NCBI GenBank assembly: GCA_937996685.1
Contig: CALKUP010000006.1
Span: 1 to 64,000 of the forward strand
Direction: 5' to 3'
DNA length: 64,000 nt
Origin: an uncultured bacterium
Lineage (GTDB): Bacteria > Patescibacteriota > Patescibacteriia > UBA9570 > XYC2-FULL-38-9
Part shown: one piece after another, positions 30,272 to 40,378 of the stretch
Layout of the letters: each line of letters opens with the position of its first letter
Position numbering within the stretch: position 1 is the stretch's first letter
The notes under the pieces: model-generated
The model's input: only the letters and a program-made list of their open reading frames with translations
Told to the model about the DNA's origin: nothing
The model's database searches: none
Position numbers and translations under genes: made by a program

Positions 30272-31408
30272 TTACTGAATGATTTTCACAATATCTTGAT
30301 ATGTGACCGCAATTACAAGCATGAGCAAAAAGAGGAATCCAATACTGTGCACCAAGGTCTCAGTTTTTTCGTTAATCGGCTTTTTTCGAATTGCGGTTAA
30401 CACTGCCATAGTGATTCGGCCACCATCTAATGCTGGAATTGGCAAAAAGTTAAAGACCGCTAAATTGACGGAGAGGATAGCCATAAATTGAACAAGGCTT
30501 GAAATTCCAAGGTCAGCGGCTCCGCGGGTAATTTTTGCAATGCCGATAGGACCAGCGAGATCTTGCGCTGCCGAACCTGTGTCAGAAAAAAGACGCACAA
30601 ACAACAGTCCAAAGCCTTGAAAAATTCCAACGGTACTCAATGCAGTTTCCTTCACTCCTTGGACAATCGCAAGATGTGGTGGATATTGCACTGTCTCAAC
30701 GGCCGCAAGACCAATCCCCATTCCAATATATCGCTCGCCAGAATCAGTCACAATCTCAGCTGGACTCAGGGTAATATCTTTTGTTGTTTTTCCAGACAAG
30801 ACACTTAAAACAACTGGTGTTCCGAGGTCTTTTTCAGAAAACCCTTGAAGATCTTTCACTGCTGAAATTTTTGTACCATTTTTTGCTGTAATTTGATCTG
30901 CAGTTGTAATACCAGCCTTTTCCGCAGGACTTCCTGATCGAACTTGTGTCACAATAATTTCAGGATCAGCACTTGTCATGGTATTTTGTGAAATCTGTGT
31001 TTTTACACCCAAAGAAAATGCAATAGAAAACAAAATCGCCGCGAGAAAAAAATTCATCCCAATACCGGCAAACAAAATACCAAGTTTTTTCCAAAATGGT
31101 TGAACCGCAAAACTATCGTTATCATGGAAACGATGCTTGTTTGTTTCATGCTTTGTTTCATCAACCTCTTCAATCTCCTCGCCTGCGATCCCTTTAATTC
31201 GAACAAACCCACCAAGCGGAACCGCATTTAAGGAATACAGTGTATCTCCAAATTTCACGCCAAACAAACGTGGCGGGAAACCAAAACCAAACTCATCAAC
31301 GCGCACACCAGACCACTTTGCAGCGATAAAATGACCAAACTCGTGAATACAGACTAAAATGCCGAGAACAGCGATAAATAACACTGCTGTGATTAAAAAA
31401 TCTATCAT
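30272..31408 (-). CDS. rseP: RIP metalloprotease RseP (M50, PDZ)
   Basis: HEFGH, PLGGFV, PDZ (GSPAEKAG), NFLPIPALDGG. Confidence 0.94.
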   Translation of the reverse strand: MIDFLITAVLFIAVLGILVCIHEFGHFIAAKWSGVRVDEFGFGFPPRLFGVKFGDTLYSLNAVPLGGFVRIKGIAGEEIEEVDETKHETNKHRFHDNDSFAVQPFWKKLGILFAGIGMNFFLAAILFSIAFSLGVKTQISQNTMTSADPEIIVTQVRSGSPAEKAGITTADQITAKNGTKISAVKDLQGFSEKDLGTPVVLSVLSGKTTKDITLSPAEIVTDSGERYIGMGIGLAAVETVQYPPHLAIVQGVKETALSTVGIFQGFGLLFVRLFSDTGSAAQDLAGPIGIAKITRGAADLGISSLVQFMAILSVNLAVFNFLPIPALDGGRITMAVLTAIRKKPINEKTETLVHSIGFLFLLMLVIAVTYQDIVKIIQ

Positions 31409-31423
31409 ACAAACACTAATCGA

Positions 31424-31963
31424 TTATACTGTCATTAATTCTTTTGTCTTCGCTACTGCGTGATCCTCGATTGAGGCATTGGCCGCATCAACTTCCGCTT
31501 GCACTTCTTTTTCAATTCGGAAATATTCATCTTCTGATATCTCGCCCGCTTTTTCTTGTGTTTTTGCTGCCTTTAATAAGTCTTCTCGTACTTTTCGTAC
31601 CTGAATGCGTGACTGCTCTACCATTGATCCCATCAGCTTCACAAGATCACGACGACGCTCTTCTGTGAGCTGTGGCAACGCAATACGAATAATCGTCCCA
31701 TCAACAACTGGATTCACCTGGAGCTTTTGATCTGCGGCAATTGCAACTTCAATCGGTTTCAGTAGGGTTTGGTCCCATGGTTGTACCACAAGTTGCTGTG
31801 GCTCTGGTGCGGAGATGCTCGCAACCTCAAGAAGCTTCATTGTTGAACCATACGCTTGCACTGGAATATTTTCTACCATTGAAGGGTTCGCGCGATTCGT
31901 TCGCAATCCTCGGAGCTCTTCTTCAAGATGAGTAATAACTTTTACAAATTGTTCTTTATACAT
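31424..31963 (-). CDS. frr: Ribosome recycling factor
   Basis: LRTNRANP, QPWD, LTEERR. Confidence 0.96.
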   Translation of the reverse strand: MYKEQFVKVITHLEEELRGLRTNRANPSMVENIPVQAYGSTMKLLEVASISAPEPQQLVVQPWDQTLLKPIEVAIAADQKLQVNPVVDGTIIRIALPQLTEERRRDLVKLMGSMVEQSRIQVRKVREDLLKAAKTQEKAGEISEDEYFRIEKEVQAEVDAANASIEDHAVAKTKELMTV

Positions 31964-31977
31964 AAACGAAAATTAAA

Positions 31978-33153
31978 TTATTCTGTTGGAACGACTTGGA
32001 AAAACGTTCGCTTTGGTTTTGGCGGATTTTCCAACACCGCAAACATCACGTTACTTTCTGTGTCTTCTTCTGTGAGATATTCAGGCACCAATGCATTAAT
32101 AATCCCATTCACTGGAAAATTATCAATCGTCTTCCAGGTTTGACCATTATCAGGAGATTTATGAATTTCGTTATTTAATGAAAAGTACAGTAAGCCCGGA
32201 GCTCCTGGAACAGTCGCAAGAGCCCGAATACTTTTATTTTCACTCGCTCCTTTTGAAATCAATGTCTGAATAAACTTCCACGAGAACCCGCGATCACGTG
32301 ACTCAAAAATTCCTTCCGCTGTCACAGCAAGCAAGCGCTCTGAATCATTGGCGTCAAAAAAGAGACTTTCTACTTGATGAAAATTCGGATTTGCCGATAA
32401 AAAGGCATCCCATGTTTGCTGAGCCAAAATCAACGCTTTGTCTGTTTCCCCATCTTTTAATTGACGTTGAAATAAATCCTTCCAAGACTCTCCTCCGTTA
32501 TCAGAATAATGGATACTTGTTTCAAACTCGGTCACATACAAGACGCGACTATCTGTTGGAGACATCAATAAATCTGTGATCGGCCCTTCAAAATCACCCG
32601 TCACCGTCCAATTAATACCTTCATCTGCGGACACCAAGACAATCCCTTGTGTTGTTCCGATAATTAAACGCTGTGGGTTAAACCAGTCAATTGCAATACG
32701 TGTCGGCTCCCCCCCTTCTGGATCTGTGTAAATTGATTCCCAGGTCGCTCCCGCATCCCCAGACTTTAACACACTCGTACCATAGGTCATGTATAAAATT
32801 TCTGAGTTCAAAGGATGAACTTGAAGATCACGAACCAAGCCTGTGGAAATACCTGTTTGTAACCACTGCTCTCCGCGATTAAATGTTTTATAGACACCAT
32901 TTTCTGAAGTCGTCATGTACATCACATCACGATTCTTCGGATCAACTCTGAGCTTCAATCCATTAATAGGCGCTAGAGTTGTTGTTGCTTTTGCATCTTG
33001 AGAAACAAAAATTTTTGGAATCCAGGTTTCTGCCAAATCGTCAGAATAGTACACACCGCCAGCATCGGTCGACGTCTTACCTCCGCAACTTTGGCCAGTA
33101 AATACCAACACCCCAACGAGTAACAATGAAACGCTCAAACGTGAAATTTTCAT
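31978..33153 (-). CDS. Putative lipoprotein, BNR/Asp-box beta-propeller (Ycf48/VPS10-like)
   Basis: Lipobox-like FTGQSC; repeated SxDxGxTW boxes (SGDAGATW, SADEGINW, SDNGGESW, SRDRGFSW, SPDNGQTW). Confidence 0.8.
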   Translation of the reverse strand: MKISRLSVSLLLVGVLVFTGQSCGGKTSTDAGGVYYSDDLAETWIPKIFVSQDAKATTTLAPINGLKLRVDPKNRDVMYMTTSENGVYKTFNRGEQWLQTGISTGLVRDLQVHPLNSEILYMTYGTSVLKSGDAGATWESIYTDPEGGEPTRIAIDWFNPQRLIIGTTQGIVLVSADEGINWTVTGDFEGPITDLLMSPTDSRVLYVTEFETSIHYSDNGGESWKDLFQRQLKDGETDKALILAQQTWDAFLSANPNFHQVESLFFDANDSERLLAVTAEGIFESRDRGFSWKFIQTLISKGASENKSIRALATVPGAPGLLYFSLNNEIHKSPDNGQTWKTIDNFPVNGIINALVPEYLTEEDTESNVMFAVLENPPKPKRTFFQVVPTE

Positions 33154-33920
33154 AAGAATAATAATGAATCAAGAGTGATTTGAATAGATACAGTATGACA
33201 TAATTGTTGTATGTTCTCAATAACAGCGCCTTGTTTTTGGAGCTTAGTGAGGCGGTCTGCATCAACTGCTGTCTCTAGCACTGCCGTGTATGCAGCAATC
33301 AGTGCAGTAAGGTGAGCATCGAGTCTCTCACGTTCTGTTTTTCCACCCTTTGTTTTTTTTGAAAACTGTTTCTCCAGCATCGCAAATCGCTGCTCATACG
33401 AACTGCCTAAAAACGCTGTCCAGAACAAACGATCCTCTGCAGCAACCTCTTGTTTTGCTGATGTGTCTGCAAGAGAGATACAACGAGACTGAATAGTCGG
33501 CAATAGATCAGTTTTTTGTTTTACACCAAAGATACAACGACTCGGTAATTGCAACTCTTCGATCATTTTTAATAGCGCGTTTGAGACGGGCAGCGAAAGA
33601 CTGCTTGCAAGCGGAAATACAACAACATGCCCTCCTTCAGCGTCTCCTGTTGCGTATGCCAGGTGGCGTTGCGCTAAAGCAACATGCTCCATTCGAATGA
33701 CGCCATCTTCTGGCGCAATCACTAAAATACGAGAGCTTGCAAGAAACTGATCAACCGGCACGTGTGTTAAGACGCTTGTTAACGCAAGAGTTGAAGCAAC
33801 AGATTGTTCCGATTCAAAAATAATTGCAGCGGCTTGGGCTCGATCAAAAAAATGCGCGACAGCAGCACTTCCTTCATTCGCCATTGCATAATCGCGATCA
33901 GAAACAACGCCAACAATCAT
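33150..33920 (-). CDS. holB: DNA polymerase III delta' subunit-like, degenerate
   Basis: NALLKMIEE and LLPTIQSRC motifs; ATGA overlaps on both sides. Confidence 0.6.
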   Translation of the reverse strand: MIVGVVSDRDYAMANEGSAAVAHFFDRAQAAAIIFESEQSVASTLALTSVLTHVPVDQFLASSRILVIAPEDGVIRMEHVALAQRHLAYATGDAEGGHVVVFPLASSLSLPVSNALLKMIEELQLPSRCIFGVKQKTDLLPTIQSRCISLADTSAKQEVAAEDRLFWTAFLGSSYEQRFAMLEKQFSKKTKGGKTERERLDAHLTALIAAYTAVLETAVDADRLTKLQKQGAVIENIQQLCHTVSIQITLDSLLFL

Positions 33921-35026
33921 ACAGACACCGATTTAATAATATCCCATGTTTCATTCGCAGTTTTTTGCCATGAAAATGATTCTGCTTGCTTGTGTCCAGC
34001 TGCAATTTTTTCTTGTGATTTTTCAGGATGTGACAACTCACGCTCAATAGCCTCTGCAATAGCGTCTGTTGATTTTGGGTTAAAAAACACAGCAGCATCC
34101 CCTGCAACTTCTCGCAAACTCGGGATGTCAGAACAAATCACTGGCACATCATAACGCATTGCCTCAAGCACAGGCATACCAAAGCCTTCGTATAAAGATG
34201 GAAAGACAAATGCGCGCGCTGCTTGCAATAAGGCAACAATTTCATTATCAGAAACATAATCAGTAAAAATAACACTTTTCTCTAACCCACGGTCTTTGAC
34301 AAACTGCCGTAGCGCTTCTGCGCCAAAGCCAAAACCACCCGCAAATACCAAAACAACGTCATCTCCTGGGTGAGTGTTTTTGTATTGCGCAAATGCCTCG
34401 ACAACTCGATGAGAATTTTTCTTTTCTTCGACACGGCTAATTGTTAGCAGAATGGTTTTTCCTTGCAATGCAAAACGCTCAAGAATACGCGTATCTGCTT
34501 CCCCGCCCCGAACATGCAGTCCGTTATAAATACGTGTTAAATGCGAAACAATCTCTGGCGCAATGTTTGCAATCGCATTATATGAAAAATTAGATATTGT
34601 AATAATATGCGCCGCTTTTTTAATGGCCAGACGAAATGACCAATTATGATATGATAATTCACTTTGCGAATAGAGCTCAGGCGCCTCAATAAAACCAACA
34701 TCATGAATAACAGTCACGGTTTTTTTTGGCGAAACAATTGGAATTGTGTGAGCAGGAACATACAACACATCTGGGCGGTGCAGAATCATTTCAATCGATA
34801 AGCGTAGTTGTGTCCAAAATTTCCCAGGCTTCCATCCCAAAACACGATTTTCCCAATTCGCCGGTAATGGCAATAAATCACTTTTGAGCGGCTCTTTAGA
34901 ATACAAGCGCACTGTATGCTCTGCCGGAATAATTTTTTTTAACTCTTGAATAACAAAATAACTGTACCACTCTGTTCCGGTTCGGTGATCTGTGTTCGCG
35001 CGTGATGCGTCAATTCCAATAATCAT
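33917..35026 (-). CDS. GT4 family glycosyltransferase
   Basis: IGIDAS, HDV, FPSLYEGFGMPVLEAM. Confidence 0.9.
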   Translation of the reverse strand: MIIGIDASRANTDHRTGTEWYSYFVIQELKKIIPAEHTVRLYSKEPLKSDLLPLPANWENRVLGWKPGKFWTQLRLSIEMILHRPDVLYVPAHTIPIVSPKKTVTVIHDVGFIEAPELYSQSELSYHNWSFRLAIKKAAHIITISNFSYNAIANIAPEIVSHLTRIYNGLHVRGGEADTRILERFALQGKTILLTISRVEEKKNSHRVVEAFAQYKNTHPGDDVVLVFAGGFGFGAEALRQFVKDRGLEKSVIFTDYVSDNEIVALLQAARAFVFPSLYEGFGMPVLEAMRYDVPVICSDIPSLREVAGDAAVFFNPKSTDAIAEAIERELSHPEKSQEKIAAGHKQAESFSWQKTANETWDIIKSVSV

Positions 35027-35027
35027 A

Positions 35028-36035
35028 CTACCGATTTTCCATGATCGATCGTTTGTATGAATCCAAATTTTCTAATGCGATACCTGTCCCTCGAACGACA
35101 TTCAATAAAGATTCTTCAGCAACATAGGTCGGGACATCAGTTGCCCGAGCGAGTAACTCATCGAGATTTCGCAACTGACCAGAGCCACCGGAAAGCACCA
35201 TTCCTTTTTCAATCACATCCGCAGCAAGTTCTGGAGGTGTTTCTTGTAATACTGATTTCACTGCATCAATTAAATCATGCAACTCTGTTTGAATTGCCTC
35301 TGTAATGTCATCAGACGTGACTGTAATCGTTCTTGGAAGACCCGTAATCATATCGCGACCACGCACTTCCATTGTAAGGGGGTGCGCAAGCGGCAACGCA
35401 GAACCAATCGTAATTTTCAATTCTTCTGCTGTTCGCTCACCAATTGCAAGATTGTGTTTACGACGAACGTATTCCATAATCGCTGCATCAAATTTTGTTC
35501 CGCCAATACGCACAGAAGTGTTCGCAACAATTCCGCCGAGTGAGATAACTGCGATTTCAGAAGTTCCTCCGCCGATTTCAATAATCATATGACCACTTGG
35601 AGAGCCAATTGGAATACCAGCCCCAATCGCAGATGCAATCGGCTGCTTAATGATATACGCCGCCTTCGCTCCAGCCTGGAGCGTTGCATCAATCACCGCA
35701 CGACGTTCTGTTGATGTAATCCCTGCAGGCACCGCAATCATGACCTCTGGCGCGAATAAACGCACACCACCTAATGCCTTATTAATAAAATAACGCAACA
35801 TACTTTCTGTTGTTCGATAATCTGCGATTACGCCGTCCTTTAATGGTTTTTGTGCGACAATCGTGTCAGGTGTTCGACCGAGCATTTGCTTGGCCTCGTT
35901 TCCAACAGCGAGCACTTTACGATCTTTCAATGAAATAGCAACAACAGAAGGCTCATTCACAACAATGCCCTTTTTTGGAACAAATACGAGTGTATTGGCT
36001 GTTCCTAAATCAATTGCAATCTTCTTTGAAAACAC
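35028..36035 (-). CDS. mreB: Second MreB/Mbl paralogue
   Basis: IAIDLGTANT, NEPSVVA, EIGGGT, LSGGSG; GTG start. Confidence 0.9.
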   Translation of the reverse strand: MFSKKIAIDLGTANTLVFVPKKGIVVNEPSVVAISLKDRKVLAVGNEAKQMLGRTPDTIVAQKPLKDGVIADYRTTESMLRYFINKALGGVRLFAPEVMIAVPAGITSTERRAVIDATLQAGAKAAYIIKQPIASAIGAGIPIGSPSGHMIIEIGGGTSEIAVISLGGIVANTSVRIGGTKFDAAIMEYVRRKHNLAIGERTAEELKITIGSALPLAHPLTMEVRGRDMITGLPRTITVTSDDITEAIQTELHDLIDAVKSVLQETPPELAADVIEKGMVLSGGSGQLRNLDELLARATDVPTYVAEESLLNVVRGTGIALENLDSYKRSIMENR

Positions 36036-36040
36036 TGGAT

Positions 36041-38047
36041 TTACTTGATATGGATAAGTCTGTCAACTAAGAGATTTCCGGTTGCAGAAGCTGTATTATC
36101 CTCAATTTTTGTGTCCATGTCAATAGCATCAATAGATTCGACATTTTTGCCGATATCGAACGAAACAGTCAGTGGATTTTTACGTGTTCCGGCTTGTTTT
36201 TGGACGAGTAATTGATATTCATTCCGTTTAATATCTTGGACAACGGAATCTGGCAATTTATATTTTACCCGCAGCGTTCCAACCTTATCTTTTGCCTCAA
36301 CAGAGAAAAATCCTTCAACAACAGTGTACTCTGTTTGCGTTCCATCTACTTGTTCGATGGTTTGTGTGCTGATATCCGCTGAAGTATCTTTGCCTCCAAA
36401 ATAATGATCGTTTGTTAGGAATCCTGAATTTTCTAAGACCTGCGCTCCAGCCGGCAAATAAAATCGAGTGTGTGTGCGATATCGATTTGCAATGAAAAAG
36501 TTATCTGGTTTTCCGTTAAAGGTGTATTGCATTTCAGCGGTCCCAATATAGTCGTTCCCTTCTTTTGAAACAGTGTATTTCAACTGCTTGTCCATCACCT
36601 TGTCAGTCTTTAACGCTGCGAGATTTGCATCGATCACACTCAAGTAATCAGAATCATACTCCTTCATTTCCCCTGCCCAATTTTCCTCGACAATCAAACG
36701 CTGTGTCGCTGGATCGTCAACATAGAGCAAGACCTGCTTTTGATCAACGTTGTCGCGGAACACTTTCCATACATCTGGGAATTTTGATTGTGGCAATGCA
36801 AACACTTTATCGATTAACGAGCTCGCGAGTACGCCAATGATTTCTTTACGAGTCGCATCTGTCTTTCCTTCCCCTTCGTAATTAAATTCAGTTTTAAACT
36901 GCAGTTGATCTGTTAAGTTATCTTTATTGAATTGAGCGCCGTCAACAGTGATTGGACCTGTCAAAGAAAGCAATGACGCGATAAAATCAGGAGTTACCGC
37001 AATCACACCATCAAAGTCTTGTTGATTTGGGGTTGGTAAATATTGCGCTTCTTCGTTATATCGCTCTTGGGCTTTTTTCGCAGTTGCTGGAAAATGCGGA
37101 TCCCAGTTAATATTACGCATTAAATCATTTTGTGTTGTTGTCCAATGCGCAATTGGGCCAGGAGACGGCGCTGTTACTGCCTCACGTGCTGGATTATCCA
37201 AATTATAAATATTGTCTGTGAAAAAATCTGAAATTTCACCATTCTTTAATTTCAAAATTCCGTATGTTCCAATAAAGCCACCTGTCGGACGCAGCTCGTT
37301 ATTGTTTTGTAATAAAAAGAGATAGGTCTTTTCTTCCGGATACCCAGCAATTGCCGGCAATGATTGTGCAAGCGGAATCGCTTGTGTGACAACACTTTCA
37401 AGCAATGGCAACTGTTCTTTCACAGGAGCAACTGCTGTTGCAATTGGCGCAAGCAATCCTTTATCTGGAATCGATTCAATCGCCAATACCGCAATTTGAA
37501 TATCTGACCGAACAGCTTGCAAGTCAACATTTGACTCTGATAATACTTGCAAAATATTTCCCTTATCTTCGCTACTCAAGTCTGACAAAGAAGTGTCAGA
37601 TCCTTTTTTTGCGAGCACGGCGGTTACCTCTCCACCAAGAACACTCACTTTTGACAGACCTGATGATAAATTCGTTGCCGCAATCAACATTTGATCAGCT
37701 GCTTCAATTTGTGGACTGACGCCTGGAATATATTTATAGACCTGGAATCGTTGCAGTTTATCGTGTGCAACAGAAAAATGTTCATGCGCTTCATTTAAAT
37801 CTTTTTCTGCCTTTTCAAAATCTTGATCTTGCAATGCCACTTGTGCATATTCTAAACTCGCTTTCCCTTCTAACGCTTCCGTTGCAACACGTTGCGCCGA
37901 ACGAACGTTGACCAACCCCCACAACACCAATAGAAAAACCAGAAAAAAGAAAAACGCAACAGCAAGGACGAGTATTTTTTTTGGCCAACTCAGCCGCGCC
38001 CAAAAGTGTTTTGTTCGTTTTGTGTATGAATCGAGAATATTTGTCAT
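36041..38047 (-). CDS. DUF4012 domain membrane-anchored protein
   Basis: TM, helical region, YLFLLQNNNELRPTGGFIG, NWDPHFP, DGVIAV. Confidence 0.85.
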   Translation of the reverse strand: MTNILDSYTKRTKHFWARLSWPKKILVLAVAFFFFLVFLLVLWGLVNVRSAQRVATEALEGKASLEYAQVALQDQDFEKAEKDLNEAHEHFSVAHDKLQRFQVYKYIPGVSPQIEAADQMLIAATNLSSGLSKVSVLGGEVTAVLAKKGSDTSLSDLSSEDKGNILQVLSESNVDLQAVRSDIQIAVLAIESIPDKGLLAPIATAVAPVKEQLPLLESVVTQAIPLAQSLPAIAGYPEEKTYLFLLQNNNELRPTGGFIGTYGILKLKNGEISDFFTDNIYNLDNPAREAVTAPSPGPIAHWTTTQNDLMRNINWDPHFPATAKKAQERYNEEAQYLPTPNQQDFDGVIAVTPDFIASLLSLTGPITVDGAQFNKDNLTDQLQFKTEFNYEGEGKTDATRKEIIGVLASSLIDKVFALPQSKFPDVWKVFRDNVDQKQVLLYVDDPATQRLIVEENWAGEMKEYDSDYLSVIDANLAALKTDKVMDKQLKYTVSKEGNDYIGTAEMQYTFNGKPDNFFIANRYRTHTRFYLPAGAQVLENSGFLTNDHYFGGKDTSADISTQTIEQVDGTQTEYTVVEGFFSVEAKDKVGTLRVKYKLPDSVVQDIKRNEYQLLVQKQAGTRKNPLTVSFDIGKNVESIDAIDMDTKIEDNTASATGNLLVDRLIHIK

Positions 38048-38048
38048 A

Positions 38049-38846
38049 TTACCTATTAACGTTTCTTTTTTGTAAATACACCCACCAGTCCATCATGTGG
38101 CGACGTGTGAGATATGAGACTGCTTGAAATACAGAAAATCGTCTCGCTGCTGATTGTCGTTGATGATAATGAATGATCTGTTTTGTGTCGTGAAAGTATA
38201 CCACATCAAATCCTGCCTGTCGCACACGATCACAGAGTTCATAATCAGCAAAATAAAGGAAAAAATCTTCTGAAAAACCTCCGATAGAATGGATCACCTC
38301 AGACCGCATCAGCATACATGCACCTAACACCCAATCAACAGCGCGTGTTTCATCGTGATTAAAATCAGTCATTAAATGACGATTGATGTCACGCTTTGCC
38401 CACGGTAAACTCCCCAAAAAGGTTCGTCGATAAATTGGCGTCAGCAATGAATACTGTCGATAACAAGAATACTGCACAGACCCATCTGGATTGACGAGTT
38501 TTGGTCCGAGAATTGCCGTCTTCTCATGTGACTCCATATACGCAACCATTACCGCGATATCATCGCTACTTTTTATCATGATGTCAGGATTCACAATCAA
38601 CAAATACTTCCCTTGCGCTTGCTTGATTCCAATATTGTTTCCAACAGCATGGCCAGAATTTTCCGTATTCGCAATAACCTTCACTTGATCATACGCAGCA
38701 ATCGCTTCAAGTGATGTGTCGCCAGAATTATTATCAACGACAATAATTTCATATTCAAACGGCAAATTCAGCTGCGTGAGATAGTCGCAACAAATACGTA
38801 AATGGTGAGGCGTGCGATAATTCAGCACAATAAAAGAAAGCATCAT
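38049..38846 (-). CDS. GT2 family glycosyltransferase (WbbL-like)
   Basis: IIVVDNNSGD, VNPD, DWVLGACM, FFLYFADYE. Confidence 0.9.
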   Translation of the reverse strand: MMLSFIVLNYRTPHHLRICCDYLTQLNLPFEYEIIVVDNNSGDTSLEAIAAYDQVKVIANTENSGHAVGNNIGIKQAQGKYLLIVNPDIMIKSSDDIAVMVAYMESHEKTAILGPKLVNPDGSVQYSCYRQYSLLTPIYRRTFLGSLPWAKRDINRHLMTDFNHDETRAVDWVLGACMLMRSEVIHSIGGFSEDFFLYFADYELCDRVRQAGFDVVYFHDTKQIIHYHQRQSAARRFSVFQAVSYLTRRHMMDWWVYLQKRNVNR

Positions 38847-38875
38847 ACCCAGCGATTATACGCGAAATAGCCGAG

Positions 38876-40372
38876 TTATTCAACTACTGGACGCTTCACA
38901 AACGAAAGCAAGGATAGCAGTAGAATGCCGTACCCAAAACCGAGCGGGTGGTTCAAATATGGAGTAAATACGTGCACTGCTGCTACAGCCACAAACCCAA
39001 CCGCCACTGCCTGCAAGACGATGTCGTTATTGCGATATTGCCAAATATCACGCGCAATACTCCCGAGTATACCAAGGACCACAAGACACAACAGTCCTCC
39101 AAATTTTAATAGGAAATCAAGGTATCCCCACTCAAACGCATATGTTGTATAGGTTCCGTCTGGTGATTGTTGTCGTACTCGTGGATCGTTTGAGATATAC
39201 GTCACTGTTCGACCAAGACCGGATCCCAGAACTGGGTGTTCAAGAATAGCCGCTTTCAATGGTGGTAGTTGCTGCCAACGAGATGCAGCAGCACTTTCTC
39301 CAGACACGTTGCCGAGACGATCTGTTAATAAATTATACGCTCCGGATTTTGGGTAACCGGGAATTTCAAGATTCACAACCCCAAGCAAAATTCCATATCC
39401 AGCAATTGCAGACAATCCAAACAACACGCCGGTCAATAACAATGCACGCAGTCGCTTCCATGAACGCCCGTCAATCATCAGCAGTACACTCGTCATCGCT
39501 GTTGCCACAACCGCCGCAAACCAAAATGAACGTGAATAGCTCATAAACACAACGCTCATTGCAACAATCAATAACGCAGAAAACTGAATCAACACGCGAC
39601 GATTTGGTAATTTTTTTTCAAGCAACATGACAGCCAGCGGAATACTCGCAATGACACATTGCAAAACATATATTTGATTTTGAAAAAACACACGAGTAAA
39701 ACCGTTGCCGGCAGGCGTGATTTCCCCAACACCGCTTCTACGCAGCCATGTATAGAGCGGTAATAACACTGGTCCGAATATTCCTGGCTGTGAAAAACAA
39801 AACAGCACAAGAATTGTTTTCAACATAACCCACACAGTCGCGAGTAATCCGATTTCAAATAGTCGTTGCCACTCTTCACGCGTACGCACTGCTTGCGTAA
39901 CCGGAATCATCCACGCAAGATAGATATATCCGTTTGCGTCAAAAAACAATGTACCGAAGGAATTCCCGCGCACCAACGCAATAACAACACCGAGCGCAAC
40001 CACGCAATACAACGCTGTGATCTGCTTCCAGTATGGGAATGAAAAAAATCGCACACGCTTGTCGCGTATCATTTGCGCAAGCATCACGCCAAACAAGGCG
40101 ATAAATAATGCAATACGAATCGACAAAGAAAAAACACCAATTGAAAGGTAAAATAAATACCCTTTTGAACCAAGAATTAATTCAACAAGCTGAATGCCAA
40201 TTCCAGCGAGCGGATTTTTCCATGCAACAATTGCTGCCACAACCAGAATACAAATAGACAGCGGCAACTGCGCACTTGTTACTGTGTGCGCAAAAAATGA
40301 CAACAACTCAACAACAATAAAGGCTGCAAATAATTGCGCGATAGTTTTTCGAGATAGTAAAAGAAAATTCAT
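38876..40372 (-). CDS. O-antigen ligase/polymerase-family membrane protein
   Basis: Many TMs; SYSRSFW, HPVLGSGLG; inside the glycan cluster. Confidence 0.8.
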   Translation of the reverse strand: MNFLLLSRKTIAQLFAAFIVVELLSFFAHTVTSAQLPLSICILVVAAIVAWKNPLAGIGIQLVELILGSKGYLFYLSIGVFSLSIRIALFIALFGVMLAQMIRDKRVRFFSFPYWKQITALYCVVALGVVIALVRGNSFGTLFFDANGYIYLAWMIPVTQAVRTREEWQRLFEIGLLATVWVMLKTILVLFCFSQPGIFGPVLLPLYTWLRRSGVGEITPAGNGFTRVFFQNQIYVLQCVIASIPLAVMLLEKKLPNRRVLIQFSALLIVAMSVVFMSYSRSFWFAAVVATAMTSVLLMIDGRSWKRLRALLLTGVLFGLSAIAGYGILLGVVNLEIPGYPKSGAYNLLTDRLGNVSGESAAASRWQQLPPLKAAILEHPVLGSGLGRTVTYISNDPRVRQQSPDGTYTTYAFEWGYLDFLLKFGGLLCLVVLGILGSIARDIWQYRNNDIVLQAVAVGFVAVAAVHVFTPYLNHPLGFGYGILLLSLLSFVKRPVVE

Positions 40373-40378
40373 AGAGTG

